NCBI GenBank assembly: GCA_963701855.1
Contig: CAVPBK010000006.1
Location: forward strand, 416,001 to 480,000
Length of the DNA: 64,000 nucleotides
Direction: 5' to 3'
Source of the DNA: Nitrospirota bacterium
Lineage (GTDB): Bacteria > Nitrospirota > Nitrospiria > Nitrospirales > Nitrospiraceae
The translations under genes and the position numbers were made by a program. This document shows positions 47,106 to 58,159 of the stretch, in pieces (within the stretch, counting starts at the first letter, position 1; every line of letters begins with the position of its first letter). The notes under the pieces were generated by a model that searched no databases, was not told the DNA's origin, and saw only the letters and a program-made list of their open reading frames with translations.

Positions 47106-48317
47106 TCAGTACGGGAAGTCGAGCCCGGCAAAGACCGCACCACCCTCCCGGCTGTAGCCGTAATCGACCCGCCCAACGACATTGGGCTTGACGAGTCCAC
47201 GGAACCCGATACCCGGAGTCATGCGGTATTCCTTAAAGCTGACGTCATTGAAACTATTGAAGACCTGCCCGGTGTCCAAAAACGGCGCCATCTCAAAGTC
47301 CGCCGTTGCCCCAGCAATCTTCATTCGCACCAGATGAATACGCTCTTCAATACTCCACGCGACAAGATTCTTATCGATGAAGCGGTCCACACCATAGCCT
47401 CGCAGATTGTTCTGTCCTCCCAACGAACTTTGCTCGAAGAACGGCACCTGATCCCCGATGGTGGCTTGAAGGTCCGCCCGCATGACGAGAATCGCGCGCT
47501 TCGAGTCACTCGGGAGCAGCTTCTTGACCTCAAGCTCATAGCGGGAGTAGACGGGATGATCGCCGTTGCGGATATTCTGGTTCACCTCCGCATAAGCCGT
47601 AACGGCCATTCCGTCGGTGGGTGAAACAAGGCTGTTCCGCGTATCGTAATGGAACGTCGCACGGTTCCCGAAAATGAGCGTCTCACCTTGAACGCCGTCG
47701 ACGGAGGGGAACTGTTCGCCCGTAAATGGAAGATCCGTTGCGCCCCTCTGCAGACTCACTTGGCGAAATCGCTGACCAACGGAGATCTGCGTCACCTCAT
47801 TCACATGAACCCCGAATCGCCAGTTCACCCGTCCTTCACGCGCGGTGTAATTCGATTGTCCCGACTCTGATGTCGAATCCCCTAAGCCGAAAAACCGAGC
47901 GGTGGCGTTTTTGAAAAACGTGGCACTGAAGTTCAAGGAGTAGCGCCCCTGACTGAAAGCCGGATCGGCGTAACTGAACAACACTTTGCGCTCGATCTTT
48001 TCCGCGGCCGATACGATAAGCCGCATTTCTCGCCCTCCTGGCTCGTATTGAAACAGATTGATCGCCCCGCGCGTCCCAACGATGGAATTATGAATGAGCA
48101 TCGGAGCGAGGAGGTACCTGAGCTCTCCATCAGGATCAGTTTTTAGAATCGGAACAATCAACCCGGCATCGTTCCCATCGTTCTTGCTGGTGGATACGGC
48201 AGGAATCGGAAAGTATTCGACCCCGGCTCCTCCATCCTCCGGCAGCAAGATAACACTCGCCGCGAGGAACACGAGGGCAGCGGCAATGAAGCCGCGCAGG
48301 CTTGTCATGGAATTCAT
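47106..48317 (-). CDS. Omp85/BamA-TamA-type barrel protein without apparent POTRA domains
   Basis: LGG..NLRGY, DTGQV, GIGFRG, RVDYG, terminal FPY; only 403 aa. Confidence 0.75.
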   Translation of the reverse strand: MNSMTSLRGFIAAALVFLAASVILLPEDGGAGVEYFPIPAVSTSKNDGNDAGLIVPILKTDPDGELRYLLAPMLIHNSIVGTRGAINLFQYEPGGREMRLIVSAAEKIERKVLFSYADPAFSQGRYSLNFSATFFKNATARFFGLGDSTSESGQSNYTAREGRVNWRFGVHVNEVTQISVGQRFRQVSLQRGATDLPFTGEQFPSVDGVQGETLIFGNRATFHYDTRNSLVSPTDGMAVTAYAEVNQNIRNGDHPVYSRYELEVKKLLPSDSKRAILVMRADLQATIGDQVPFFEQSSLGGQNNLRGYGVDRFIDKNLVAWSIEERIHLVRMKIAGATADFEMAPFLDTGQVFNSFNDVSFKEYRMTPGIGFRGLVKPNVVGRVDYGYSREGGAVFAGLDFPY

Positions 48318-48325
48318 GGAAGGAG

Positions 48326-49006
48326 TTATGGGGCTTTAATCTTATCGGATTTCTTGCGAAGCTGGTCCACCAAGTCGGCGAAGGTTGAAGTACGGAGGAT
48401 CTTCGAGAACTGCCCTCTGTAATTATTTACTAAACTGACACCGTCCACCACCACATCATACACTCGCCAATCGCCACCCTTGTTGAGCAAGCGGTAGTCA
48501 AGCGGAATTTCGGTCTTGCCGGTCAACACCTTTGTCCTGACTTCAGCGTAGTCTTTCTCAGTCCGTTCATTGATATACTGCACACCTTCTCCGGAATAGG
48601 TTTCAATCTTGTCGGCGTAGGAATTGGTCAATAATGTCTTGAACAGTACGACAAATTCTTGCTTGTCTTTGTCGGACAGCGTATTCCAAGGAGCCCCCAG
48701 CGCCCGCCTCGACATTTCTGGATAGTCGAACCGATCCCCGATGACCTGTTCCAATCGCTGTCGGCGCTCTTCGGCTTTCCCCGGCTGTTTGAGTTCCTTG
48801 TCCTGAACGATTTTCAGTACCTCGTCGATGGTGCTTTTCATGGCCTCAGTCGCGCCACCTGCCACTGCCGGCTGAATGGCCACCCCGCCAAGCAGCAACA
48901 GCAGACAGGCCATCCCGCTCGCGACCCTACCCCAATGCCATCTCTGCTTTTGTGTAACGGCAGATCCCTGGATCTCCATGTATTCTCTCCCTGTGTATGC
49001 CCACAT
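48326..49006 (-). CDS. mlaC: MlaC/Ttg2D (HpnM-like) periplasmic lipid-binding protein
   Basis: FDYPEMSRRALG, WRVYDVVVDGVSLVNNYRGQF. Confidence 0.85.
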   Translation of the reverse strand: MWAYTGREYMEIQGSAVTQKQRWHWGRVASGMACLLLLLGGVAIQPAVAGGATEAMKSTIDEVLKIVQDKELKQPGKAEERRQRLEQVIGDRFDYPEMSRRALGAPWNTLSDKDKQEFVVLFKTLLTNSYADKIETYSGEGVQYINERTEKDYAEVRTKVLTGKTEIPLDYRLLNKGGDWRVYDVVVDGVSLVNNYRGQFSKILRTSTFADLVDQLRKKSDKIKAP

Positions 49007-49025
49007 GCTTTCCTTGATCAGTCCA

Positions 49026-49469
49026 TCACTTCACGTTGCCATGAACAAACTGACTCACCAACTCCTCAAGATCGAGACCCGATTCGGTATCGCGTATCGT
49101 ATCCCCCGGCTTGAGTGGATCGCCTCCTCCTCCCGGAGATAGGGCCAAAAATTTCTCTCCGATGATGCCTCGCGTCTTGATAGAGGCAATGGTATCCGTA
49201 TAGAGCTTGATGGTGTTGTTGACCGCCAGTTTCACCATCGCACGATCCTGGTTGAGCGTAATCCCTCGGACCCTGCCGACTTCAACACCGGCGATTTCGA
49301 TCGTCGAACCCGGTTTGAGCCCCGAGGCACTGTTGAATTGCGCCTCGACTTCGTAGACGTCGCCACTGATCATCTCAAGTTTCCCGAGCTTGACCGACAG
49401 ATACCCGAGACACAATAGGCCGATGAGCACGAACACGCCGACCACCAGCTCCAACTTGGTTTTTTCCAT
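49026..49469 (-). CDS. mlaD: MCE-domain lipid transport protein
   Basis: GLKPGS.IEIAGVEVGRV, TRGIIGEKF..LSPG. Confidence 0.92.
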   Translation of the reverse strand: MEKTKLELVVGVFVLIGLLCLGYLSVKLGKLEMISGDVYEVEAQFNSASGLKPGSTIEIAGVEVGRVRGITLNQDRAMVKLAVNNTIKLYTDTIASIKTRGIIGEKFLALSPGGGGDPLKPGDTIRDTESGLDLEELVSQFVHGNVK

Positions 49470-49489
49470 CCTTGCTACTCCCCTCTCAC

Positions 49490-50245
49490 CTAACCGACGA
49501 GCGACCCCGGCAGCGCCACCGTCCCACCAACTGAAATGAATTCTCGGATCTCCGAATCGGTGGTCCGCTGAAACTCAGCAGCCGTGGCCATCAATGCGAT
49601 TTTGCCTTTCCGAAGCATCGCCACCCAATCAGAAATCCCGAAGATCTCAGGAATTTCATGGCTGACCATGACCGCCGTAAAGCCGAATCGCCGATGCATG
49701 GTGACGATCAGATCGTGAATCGATTTTGCCATCAACGGGTCCAACCCGGTCGTCGGCTCATCGAAGAGGATAATCTCCGGTTCCATGACCAATGCGCGTG
49801 CCAATCCAGCCCGCTTTCGCATGCCACCGCTCAACTCAGCAGGAAACTTGTGCCCCATCCCCGCTAAACCGACTTCCTCCAGCTTCTCCTCGACCCGTCG
49901 CCCTACTTCCGGGCCCTTCATGCGCAACTTCTCCCGCAACGGAAACGCCACGTTCTCGAAGACCGAAAGCGAGTCGAACAATGCTGCCCCCTGAAAGAGC
50001 ATCGCAAATTGTTTCCGCACATCGTTCAAGGGCGTGCCCGACAGCCGGGAGATTTCTACATTGCCCACCCATACCTCGCCGCGATCCGGCTGCATAAGCC
50101 CGATCATGTGCTTGAGGAGCACGCTCTTTCCCTCTCCGCTGCGACCGATAATGGTTGTGAGTTTGCCGACAGGAATCGAGAGATCGACGCCTTGCAGCAC
50201 CGGCTGCCCACCTAACTTCTTTTCGACACCGACCAGCTTGATCAT
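49490..50245 (-). CDS. mlaF: Mla-type ABC ATPase
   Basis: GRSGEGKS, FQGAALFDS, LSGGMRKR, DEPTTGLDP. Confidence 0.92.
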   Translation of the reverse strand: MIKLVGVEKKLGGQPVLQGVDLSIPVGKLTTIIGRSGEGKSVLLKHMIGLMQPDRGEVWVGNVEISRLSGTPLNDVRKQFAMLFQGAALFDSLSVFENVAFPLREKLRMKGPEVGRRVEEKLEEVGLAGMGHKFPAELSGGMRKRAGLARALVMEPEIILFDEPTTGLDPLMAKSIHDLIVTMHRRFGFTAVMVSHEIPEIFGISDWVAMLRKGKIALMATAAEFQRTTDSEIREFISVGGTVALPGSLVG

Positions 50246-50318
50246 CGTCTCTCTTCACTGCTACAACTCGCCGCGGTCCATACTCTACTCATACTCAGCA
50301 CTCACACCTCAGCACTTT

Positions 50319-51089
50319 CTACAGCAGCAGCGACGTCAAGATATAGTCCCCTACGAGAATGAGCACCGACGACAAAACCACCGCCTCCGTCGTCGCGCTC
50401 CCAAGCCCCTCGGCGCTCTGCCTCGTGTAGAACCCTTTATAGCAGCAGACCCAACTGACAATCAGCCCAAAGCTGATCGACTTGAGAATGCCGCCGTAGA
50501 CATCTTTCCATTCCACAGCCGATTGAACCGAATTCCAATAGGCCCCTTCGCTCACACCCAACAAGTCCACTCCGACGAGGGAGCCGCCATAGATACCGAC
50601 CACATCGAATATGGCCACAAGCAACGGCACCCCGACCACGCCGGCCACCAATTTCGGTGCGATCAGATATTGCCGCGGATTGATCGCCATGGTATCGAGC
50701 GCATCGATCTGTTCTGTAATCCGCATGATGCCGATCTCAGCGGTCATGGCTGATCCCGCCCTCGCGGTCACCATCAACGCAGCCAGCACCGGCCCCAATT
50801 CCCGAATCATGCTCAACGCCACCGCGGAGCCCAACAACCCCTCGGAACCAAATTTCCTCAAGCTGTAATAGCCTTGAAGCGCCAATACCATCCCCGTAAA
50901 CCCCGCGGTAAGCACGACGACAAATGTGGATCGATATCCGATAAAGTGGAGCTGTTTCATGATTTGATGGAATCGAAACGGAGGCCGCGCCAGCCAGGCA
51001 AACGCCGACAGGACAAACAACAGCATGCGGCCCATCTCCTGTACGCGCATGACAGCCCACGCACCCAGCTGCTCAATCACGTTCGTCAT
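50319..51089 (-). CDS. mlaE: Mla-type ABC permease
   Basis: RELGPVL..L...RAGSAMTAEIGIMRITEQIDAL. Confidence 0.93.
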   Translation of the reverse strand: MTNVIEQLGAWAVMRVQEMGRMLLFVLSAFAWLARPPFRFHQIMKQLHFIGYRSTFVVVLTAGFTGMVLALQGYYSLRKFGSEGLLGSAVALSMIRELGPVLAALMVTARAGSAMTAEIGIMRITEQIDALDTMAINPRQYLIAPKLVAGVVGVPLLVAIFDVVGIYGGSLVGVDLLGVSEGAYWNSVQSAVEWKDVYGGILKSISFGLIVSWVCCYKGFYTRQSAEGLGSATTEAVVLSSVLILVGDYILTSLLL

Positions 51090-51092
51090 CGG

Positions 51093-51866
51093 TTACCTGG
51101 ACGGCCAAAGAGATTCACTGCCTGTCTCCGCATAGCGCTGAAACCATTCTGTCAACCGGCCCCCAGCCACCCGACTCTGCTTTCGCAGCCGATTCAGCCC
51201 TGCGAAGCTGGAGGGGCGGCGAATGAGGGCCTGCATGCCGTTGATCCAGCCAGTGGGCCTGAGAAAGAGATTGAAGTCAAGAGGGAGATCTTCATCCACC
51301 AGATCGGAGACCGTCCGCACGATTGCCATAGGCAGGCCTCGCTCAGCTGCCTCCGCCGCCACTGCCGCACTTTCCATATCAAGCCCGGTCGCATCGGTCA
51401 AACGCCGCAGCCGGTGCTTTTCCTGTGCCTGCCACACCACGGTCCCCGATGATACGACTGTTCCAACCCGCGCGACGAGCCCCGCACCTTGCGCCACGAT
51501 GAGAATGCCTGCGCGTACAGCCCCATCGCAGAGCACACAATCGCTCCCCACCGTCCAGGTTCCTTCACTATGCACAGAAGATACCGCTGTGCCGACGATA
51601 AGGTCTCCCACCTGAGCCGGGACGAGCGCGCAGGCAAAGCCCGTGGATATCACCAGCGACATGGGCTGTGCCTTCAGCACCCTTCCCGCAACAGAGCGAG
51701 TGGCAGTAGGACCGACACCGGTCTGGATGAGCCAAAAGGTGCGACTCCCTTGCTGTCCAATATGACAACGTACTCCGTCGATGGTCGCAACACGATCCAT
51801 TGCGAGCCCACGCCGAACGGCCTGGAGTTCCCAGCGAGTCGCGGCAAAGATGGCGATGGGATTCAC
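51093..51866 (-). CDS. hpnG: Hopanoid-associated nucleoside phosphorylase/nucleosidase
   Basis: TGVG, STGFA.AL, LDMESAA, RTVSD; directly after shc; GTG start at 51866 inferred. Confidence 0.75.
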   Translation of the reverse strand: MNPIAIFAATRWELQAVRRGLAMDRVATIDGVRCHIGQQGSRTFWLIQTGVGPTATRSVAGRVLKAQPMSLVISTGFACALVPAQVGDLIVGTAVSSVHSEGTWTVGSDCVLCDGAVRAGILIVAQGAGLVARVGTVVSSGTVVWQAQEKHRLRRLTDATGLDMESAAVAAEAAERGLPMAIVRTVSDLVDEDLPLDFNLFLRPTGWINGMQALIRRPSSFAGLNRLRKQSRVAGGRLTEWFQRYAETGSESLWPSR

Positions 51867-51919
51867 CGAAGATCCTGAGAGGGGTTGCCATGCGCCAACG
51901 GATGACGCCGGCGGACTGG

Positions 51920-54097
51920 TCAACGTTCGGCTCGATGACACCCGGACACGAGTGCGTGATGCCGTACTTCGTCGGCCCGCATCTTCCCGCGCGTCCGTAA
52001 ATTCCGATACATGGCCAAGGCCCACAACGGAAAGTATTGGCAGTACCAATGGTAGCGGAGATAAAACACCCGAGGGAATCCAGTGCCTGTATGGCGGACC
52101 TCTTCCCACGACCCATCTTTCATCTGGTGACGGAGCAGATATTGGACGCCGCGAGCGACGCTGAAGGCGTCGGCCATCCCCGCTGACATAAGTCCCATGA
52201 TGGCCCAGGCCGTTTGAGAAGGTGAACTGTCTCCCTTCCCACTCCACGCAGGGTCGCCGTACGACAGGCACGACTCGCCCCATCCACCATCGGGATTCTG
52301 CTTCGACTCAAGCCAGGCGACCGCACGGCAAATATAGGGTTCCGAATGGTCCACCCCTATCGCACGGAGACCGGCCAGGACAGACCAGGTGCCATAGATA
52401 TAATTGACGCCCCACCGGCCATACCAACTCCCGTCGGTCTCCTGCTCTCGCTTGAGGAACCGGATAGCCGGCGCAACGGCGGGGTGCGTCCGATCGTAGC
52501 CCAACGTCCCAAGCATTTCGAGGCAGCGTCCGGTCAAGTCGGATGTGCTTGGATCGAGCAAGGCATGGTGGTCGGCAAATGGAATATAGTTGAAGACGAT
52601 GCGATTGTTGTCCTTGTCGTACGCCCCCCATCCACCATCGGACCCTTGCATGGCGAGCACCCAATTCATGCCTCGCCGGATGGATTCCTGCACGTCACCG
52701 GTATGCGCCATCTTGACTTTCGACAGCGCCATCAACACCACTGCCGAGTCATCCACATCGGGATAGAACTCGTTCTCGAACTGGAAGTACCAGCCTCCCG
52801 GTTCTGCATCGGGAGACGAGACCTTCCAATCTCCAACCGTTTTCGTTTGGCGAGAGACCAAATACGCACCCGCTTTCTGGAGGGATGGATGGTCCTGCGA
52901 CATCCCTGTCTCGATGAGGGCGTTCATGAGCAATGCCGTATCCCAGACTGGAGAGTGACAAGGCTGAAGATGCAGGGCTTCGACGCGCTGCTCGCCGATC
53001 GATACCGTGCTGTAGACTTCCAGCGATTCGATTTCTTGGAGCACCTTCCGAACCAATGGATCATCCGCCTGATACCCCAGACATTGCAGCGCCATAACCG
53101 AATTAGCCATGGCCGGATAAATGCTGCCCAACCCCCCGCTGCCCTTGATGCGTTCCAGCATCCAGGCCGCGGCGCGATGCAACGCTTTTTCGCGCAGCCG
53201 CATGAGAGGCATCCGGTCATACAGTTTCAGCATCGCATCCAATGCGACAAATAAATTGTGCGGGGTGAACCACTTTTGATCTTTGTTGAATGGCGGGAAT
53301 TTCCAATAGCGGATCTCCTTGCGCGGAATGAGATACAACTCCTCAATCCCCTGCTCCTGTGGAATCCGACAGACCGGGCGGTGCGCGAAGATGATCAGCA
53401 ATGGGGTTAGGACCGTACGGGACCAATAGGAAATGGCATAGATGTTGAAATAGAATCCCTTCGGGAGCAGCATCAGCTCAACCGGCATGTGGGGGATGCC
53501 TTCCCAATCGTATTGATCGAACAGCGCCAGCGCAATCTTGGTAAACACATTCGTTTGGACCACTCCACCCTTTGCGAGGATACAGTCTTTGGCTCGCACC
53601 ATGAAGGGCTCATCTATAGGCACCCCGCTCAACTTCAAGGCGAAATAGGCTTTCACAGAGGCGCTGATCTCCGAGGGCCCTCCATAGAAAATCGGCCAGC
53701 CGCCATCGGGCGATTGCATGGCACGGAGATAGAGAACAGCCTTGCGCTCTCGCTCGGGATCGACCCGGTCGAGAAACCGCCGCAGCATGAGATATTCAGC
53801 CGTCAGTGTCGTATCAGCTTCAAGCTCTGCAACCCAGTAGCCCTCTGCTGGATGTTGTCTGGACAACATCCAGGCTTGACTGCGCCGAACTGCGTCGTCA
53901 AGCGCATCCACTTGACTCATCGAATGGTTGGGGGAGCGGCGTGCTGTGGTCTCGACCGGAGACGAGGGCAGGGGTTTATCCGATACCAGTCGCAGCGGAG
54001 ACACGTTGCTGGGCTCGGTCGCCAGCTCTAGCTTCTCCGACATGGAAACGAAGAAGTTCTCGGAGAGACGATCCAGAAGCGTTCGAATCAGCTTCAT
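51920..54097 (-). CDS. shc: Squalene-hopene cyclase
   Basis: PDVDDSA DxDD motif; QW repeats (QSPDGGW, QETDGSW, QNPDGGW). Confidence 0.96.
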   Translation of the reverse strand: MKLIRTLLDRLSENFFVSMSEKLELATEPSNVSPLRLVSDKPLPSSPVETTARRSPNHSMSQVDALDDAVRRSQAWMLSRQHPAEGYWVAELEADTTLTAEYLMLRRFLDRVDPERERKAVLYLRAMQSPDGGWPIFYGGPSEISASVKAYFALKLSGVPIDEPFMVRAKDCILAKGGVVQTNVFTKIALALFDQYDWEGIPHMPVELMLLPKGFYFNIYAISYWSRTVLTPLLIIFAHRPVCRIPQEQGIEELYLIPRKEIRYWKFPPFNKDQKWFTPHNLFVALDAMLKLYDRMPLMRLREKALHRAAAWMLERIKGSGGLGSIYPAMANSVMALQCLGYQADDPLVRKVLQEIESLEVYSTVSIGEQRVEALHLQPCHSPVWDTALLMNALIETGMSQDHPSLQKAGAYLVSRQTKTVGDWKVSSPDAEPGGWYFQFENEFYPDVDDSAVVLMALSKVKMAHTGDVQESIRRGMNWVLAMQGSDGGWGAYDKDNNRIVFNYIPFADHHALLDPSTSDLTGRCLEMLGTLGYDRTHPAVAPAIRFLKREQETDGSWYGRWGVNYIYGTWSVLAGLRAIGVDHSEPYICRAVAWLESKQNPDGGWGESCLSYGDPAWSGKGDSSPSQTAWAIMGLMSAGMADAFSVARGVQYLLRHQMKDGSWEEVRHTGTGFPRVFYLRYHWYCQYFPLWALAMYRNLRTRGKMRADEVRHHALVSGCHRAER

Positions 54098-54223
54098 CGT
54101 ATCAGTCTGTGGAACACTGTGGGTGGATGGGACGATGCGGGTAACTCGCTTCGCCCCCGTTTAATAAAGTTACATAAAGCTCAATCTACGAGCGGCACGC
54201 TCATAGATCTGCCTGCCTAGGGC

Positions 54224-54253
54224 TATATAGCAGACCCCCTGCTAGAAGGTCAA
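54224..54253 (-). promoter_or_regulatory. Putative sigma70 promoter of the shc-hpnG-mla operon
   Basis: TTGACC-N18-TATATA with TG extension. Confidence 0.45.
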
Positions 54254-54291
54254 GAAACTGAAAGACGGAAGTCCTCTGAAGTACGAATGTT

Positions 54292-57200
54292 TTAGCCAGT
54301 CCTGTCTGCATAGACCGGCTGCAAATTGTTCAGTCTTACTGAGAGGACTTTTGAGATGCCCGGCTCTTCCATCGTGACTCCAAACAACGAATCTGCAATG
54401 GCCATCGTCGCCTTGCTATGGGTGATGACCATAAACTGCGCACCTTCAGAAAGTTCATGCAAGACACCGGTAAAGCGCCCGATGTTCTCTTCGTCCAGCG
54501 GCGCGTCGATTTCATCGAGTATACAGAACGGCGTCGGCTTGATCAGGAAACTCGCAAAGAGCAGAGCCATCGCCGTCAAGGTCTTCTCACCGCCCGAGAG
54601 CATGGTGATACTCTTCAAGCGTTTGCCCGGTGGTTGCACCACGATATCGACTCCCGGCTCCTGCGGTCCACCCCCTTCTATCGTCTCATCCGCCTGCGCT
54701 TCAACCAGTTGGAGTTCAGCCCGGCCACCAGGGAAGAACTTCACGAACACCTCACTGAATTTCTGCTGGAGCTCAGCAAACGTACCGGCAAACATGTCTT
54801 TCGTGGTGCGGTTGATGCGCTGAATGATTTCTTTGAGTGAACCGATGGAGGTGGAAAGATCCTGTTCCTGCGTCGTCAGGAATCGATACCGTTCATCCAG
54901 CTCTTGATGTTCGTGAATGGCAGCCAAATTGATCGGTCCCAGGCGATCGAGCTTCTCGCGAATCTTCTGAAGTTGCTCCCGTAACGCCAGCTCATTGACC
55001 GCCGGAGGCTCTGCCGGAATCGGCTCTTCCCCCAGAGGCAGCTGGTCTGATGTCAGCTCCCCAGCCGGCGCATCGAACAACGTTACGAGATCGACCTGGT
55101 ACGTTCCCAAGAGCGTGGACTCGACGGTTCCCAATTGCATCCGAACTTCCGCCTTCTTGACCTCCACCGCCATACGGGACTCGCGAAGAGACGTCACCGC
55201 GCGACGAATATCCTCCAGCCGGGTATCGAGCTGATGCGCCGCCGCCATGTCCTGCGCCTGTTCTTCTTGAAGTTCGACCAGCCGAGCCTTTATCTGGGCT
55301 GCCGATCCGCCGAATTCCCGACAACGCGCCTCTTGGCTCTCACGTTCAATCCGGCTCTGTTCGATCGAAGCCGTGAGCCCTTCGACATGGCGTGTCAGCG
55401 TCTCAATACGCACGGTCGCGTCTTGTTGCTGTTGCTGAATCCTCAGAAGGTCGCGATGGCGATGCTCACGGGTCGTCCGAACTTCCTGCGCCACTAATTG
55501 CGCCTCTGTGAATCGCTGCTGCAGACCCTGCATGCCGTGATCGATCTGCTCCACTCGCGCGCGCACACGGCTGAGCCCGGCTTCCTGGCCGTCCTTCTCC
55601 GCTATCCACTGTGCAAGCTGCGCTTCACCGGAGCGCACATCATGATTAAGCCGCTGCGTTTCCACTGAGCCTCGGTGCTCATCATCCGTCAATGCATCGA
55701 TCCGCAGGGCAAGATCTCCCAGCACATGCTGGAACCCGGCTTCATCTTTTCGCAGCGAGAGCCCCTGCATTTCAGCATCACGCAGCGACTCCATGAGTTG
55801 CCGGCTCTGCTCTCGCAACTCCTGTCCCTGTGCCAGCAATCGTTCTCGTCGCTGCTTCCCTTCTTCAAGACCTCCTGTCAACGAGAGGCGCTGGGCGTCC
55901 AGGTCAAGCACCTCTCGGCGCCGTTGCAGCAGCCCCCCCGTTGCGCTGGTCTGTCCACCGATGATCACTCCGGCCGCATCCAAAGTTTCCCCTGCACGCG
56001 TCACGAAGATAGGCCCATCAGGGGCCGCACAAGACTGTTGCTCCCACAATGCCGTTGCGTCCTTGAGGGTGTCGACGAACACAATTCGATCGAAGAGATA
56101 GTCACGAGCCGCTTTGCGCTCACCCTGTACAGGGATCAAATCGACCGCACGTCCGACCACACCGAGCCGGCCCTCCATCGCGGCCCACCACGGATGAGGC
56201 GCCGTGTCCCGCGGCGTCCAGCGAGGCTGCTGCGGGATGAACGCACCGCGACCGAGATCTTTCCCTTTGAGAAATTCGATCGCCTCACACGCCGCGGCAG
56301 GACTGTCGACAAACCAGCCCCTGACTCGCTCGCCCAAAATCGCTTCCACCGCACGGTCCCATCCTGGAGGCACGACCAACCACTCGGCAATGGCATCACG
56401 AACCCCGGTACAGACTTTGAGCGCCGTCGATTCTTCGTCACCGCGCCGCCCATACCCCATATCTTCTTGCAGCACGCCTTGCAGCGCTTTGAGATGAGAG
56501 TCCACTGCAGCCAACTCTTCCGACTGGCGAAAGACCAACTGATCGACCTCAGCTAACTCGGCCGATACCTGTCCGTTCTTTTCCTCAACTTCCTGCTGCT
56601 GCCGACGCAGGTCGGCTACCAAACGCTCCGCGTCATGGCAGGCCTGCTGAAGCCCCTGGCGCTTATCCGTTGCCGTAACATGCTGCAGCTGAAAGTTTTC
56701 CCGTTCACGAACCAACCGGCCTTCTCAAGCCGCCGCCTCTTGAATCCGTGTGGCTAATTGCACCAGGGTTTGTTCAGTATTCGCAACCAATACCGCCAGG
56801 TCGAGTACGTCACGACGCCCTCGTTCTTCCTCAGCCAGAGCTGTGGTTCGTTGATGAACCAACTCTTTCATTTCTCGGTCGAGCGTTGCGAACACCTGCT
56901 CCCGCTCAGCACATTCATGCTCGAGCGTGGCCAACGTCTCTTCAAGGGCTGCAGCCTCTGCCGCACCCTGCTGCCGTTCCTGGATGAGACGCTCAAGTTC
57001 TTCCCCTCCCTGGCTCTGCTGCTGCGCATAGAGTTCACCGCGGTTACGTTCGACTTCCGCAGCCGTCAGCGCCCGCGCCTGTTGCTGTTCAACTCTCGAC
57101 AGTTCCTCACGCTGTTGCCCGATCGCCTCATTCGCAGTGGCAATCGCTAGCTTGACCTGCTCGAGTTCTATATTCAGGTGCGCGAGTTCAGCGGACCGTT

Positions 57201-57996
57201 CGGATTCATGGTCCCCCAACATTTGTAACTCCGACTCCACTTCCTTGAGCGTGGTTCGGAGGACGCGGTATTCGTTGGTCAACAACTGGATCTCCAACGA
57301 CTTGGCCTCTTGGTGCAACGCCTGATAGGACCGCGCCTGCCGTGCCTGTCGCTCGAGAGAATTCAACTGCTTTTTCACCTCAGCAACGATGTCCCGAACC
57401 CGCAAGAGGTTTTGCTGCGTCGCATCCAGCTTGCGCAACGTTTCGGCCTTCTGTTTCTTATAGCGAATGATGCCCGCGGTTTCTTCGATCAACTCGCGCC
57501 GATCTTGCGGTGACGCGTTCAGAATCTGGTCGATCTGCCCCTGCGCAATAACCGTGTGCCCTTTTGTTCCGGCCCTGGTATCCAGCAGAATGCTCCTGAT
57601 ATCCTTCAACCGGCAGACAGTCTTATTGATAAGGTATTCGCTCTCGCCATTGCGGTATAGGCGGCGCGTAATCATGAGTTCTTGATACTCCGACAGCTGG
57701 CTCGAAAGACCGGATAGGGGATCTAGATGGATCCGATCCAGCCCACTGATCACGAGCGACACTTCCGCCAGGCCGAGAGGCTTTCGCATTTCGGTCCCGT
57801 TAAAAATCACATCTTCCATCTTTTCGCTGCGTAACGCCTTCGTGCTCTGCTCGCCAAGCACCCAAAGGATCGCGTCAACGACATTACTTTTTCCGCTCCC
57901 GTTTGGTCCTACGATCGCAGTGACGCCATCGGGAAATTCTATCCGGGCTTCAGCGAACGACTTAAACCCCACCATTTCAAGTGATTTCAAATACAT
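54292..57996 (-). pseudogene. smc: Chromosome segregation protein SMC interrupted by one in-frame TGA (56725-56727)
   Basis: GPNGSGKSN, hinge, LSGGEK, LDEIDAPLD; both ORFs share a frame: ...GCT TGA GAA GGC CGG TTG... Confidence 0.88.
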
Positions 57997-58159
57997 CGGA
58001 GACTCCTTCGGTAGCCTGCCTGGGAGAACTCAAGCGGATAGAACGGCTGGTTTTGTAGCACATACTTAGAAGGGAAATCAAAGAAAAATACTGCCGGTGG
58101 TAGGCGCGAGGAGCGGGACCTACAATATTTGGGGAATGGAACGGTGGCGAGAAATGCGG

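Noticed and set aside
12588..56727. Alternative genetic code (TGA recoding) suggested by two in-frame TGAs
   Set aside because: Many conserved genes here end normally in TGA and Trp is encoded by TGG
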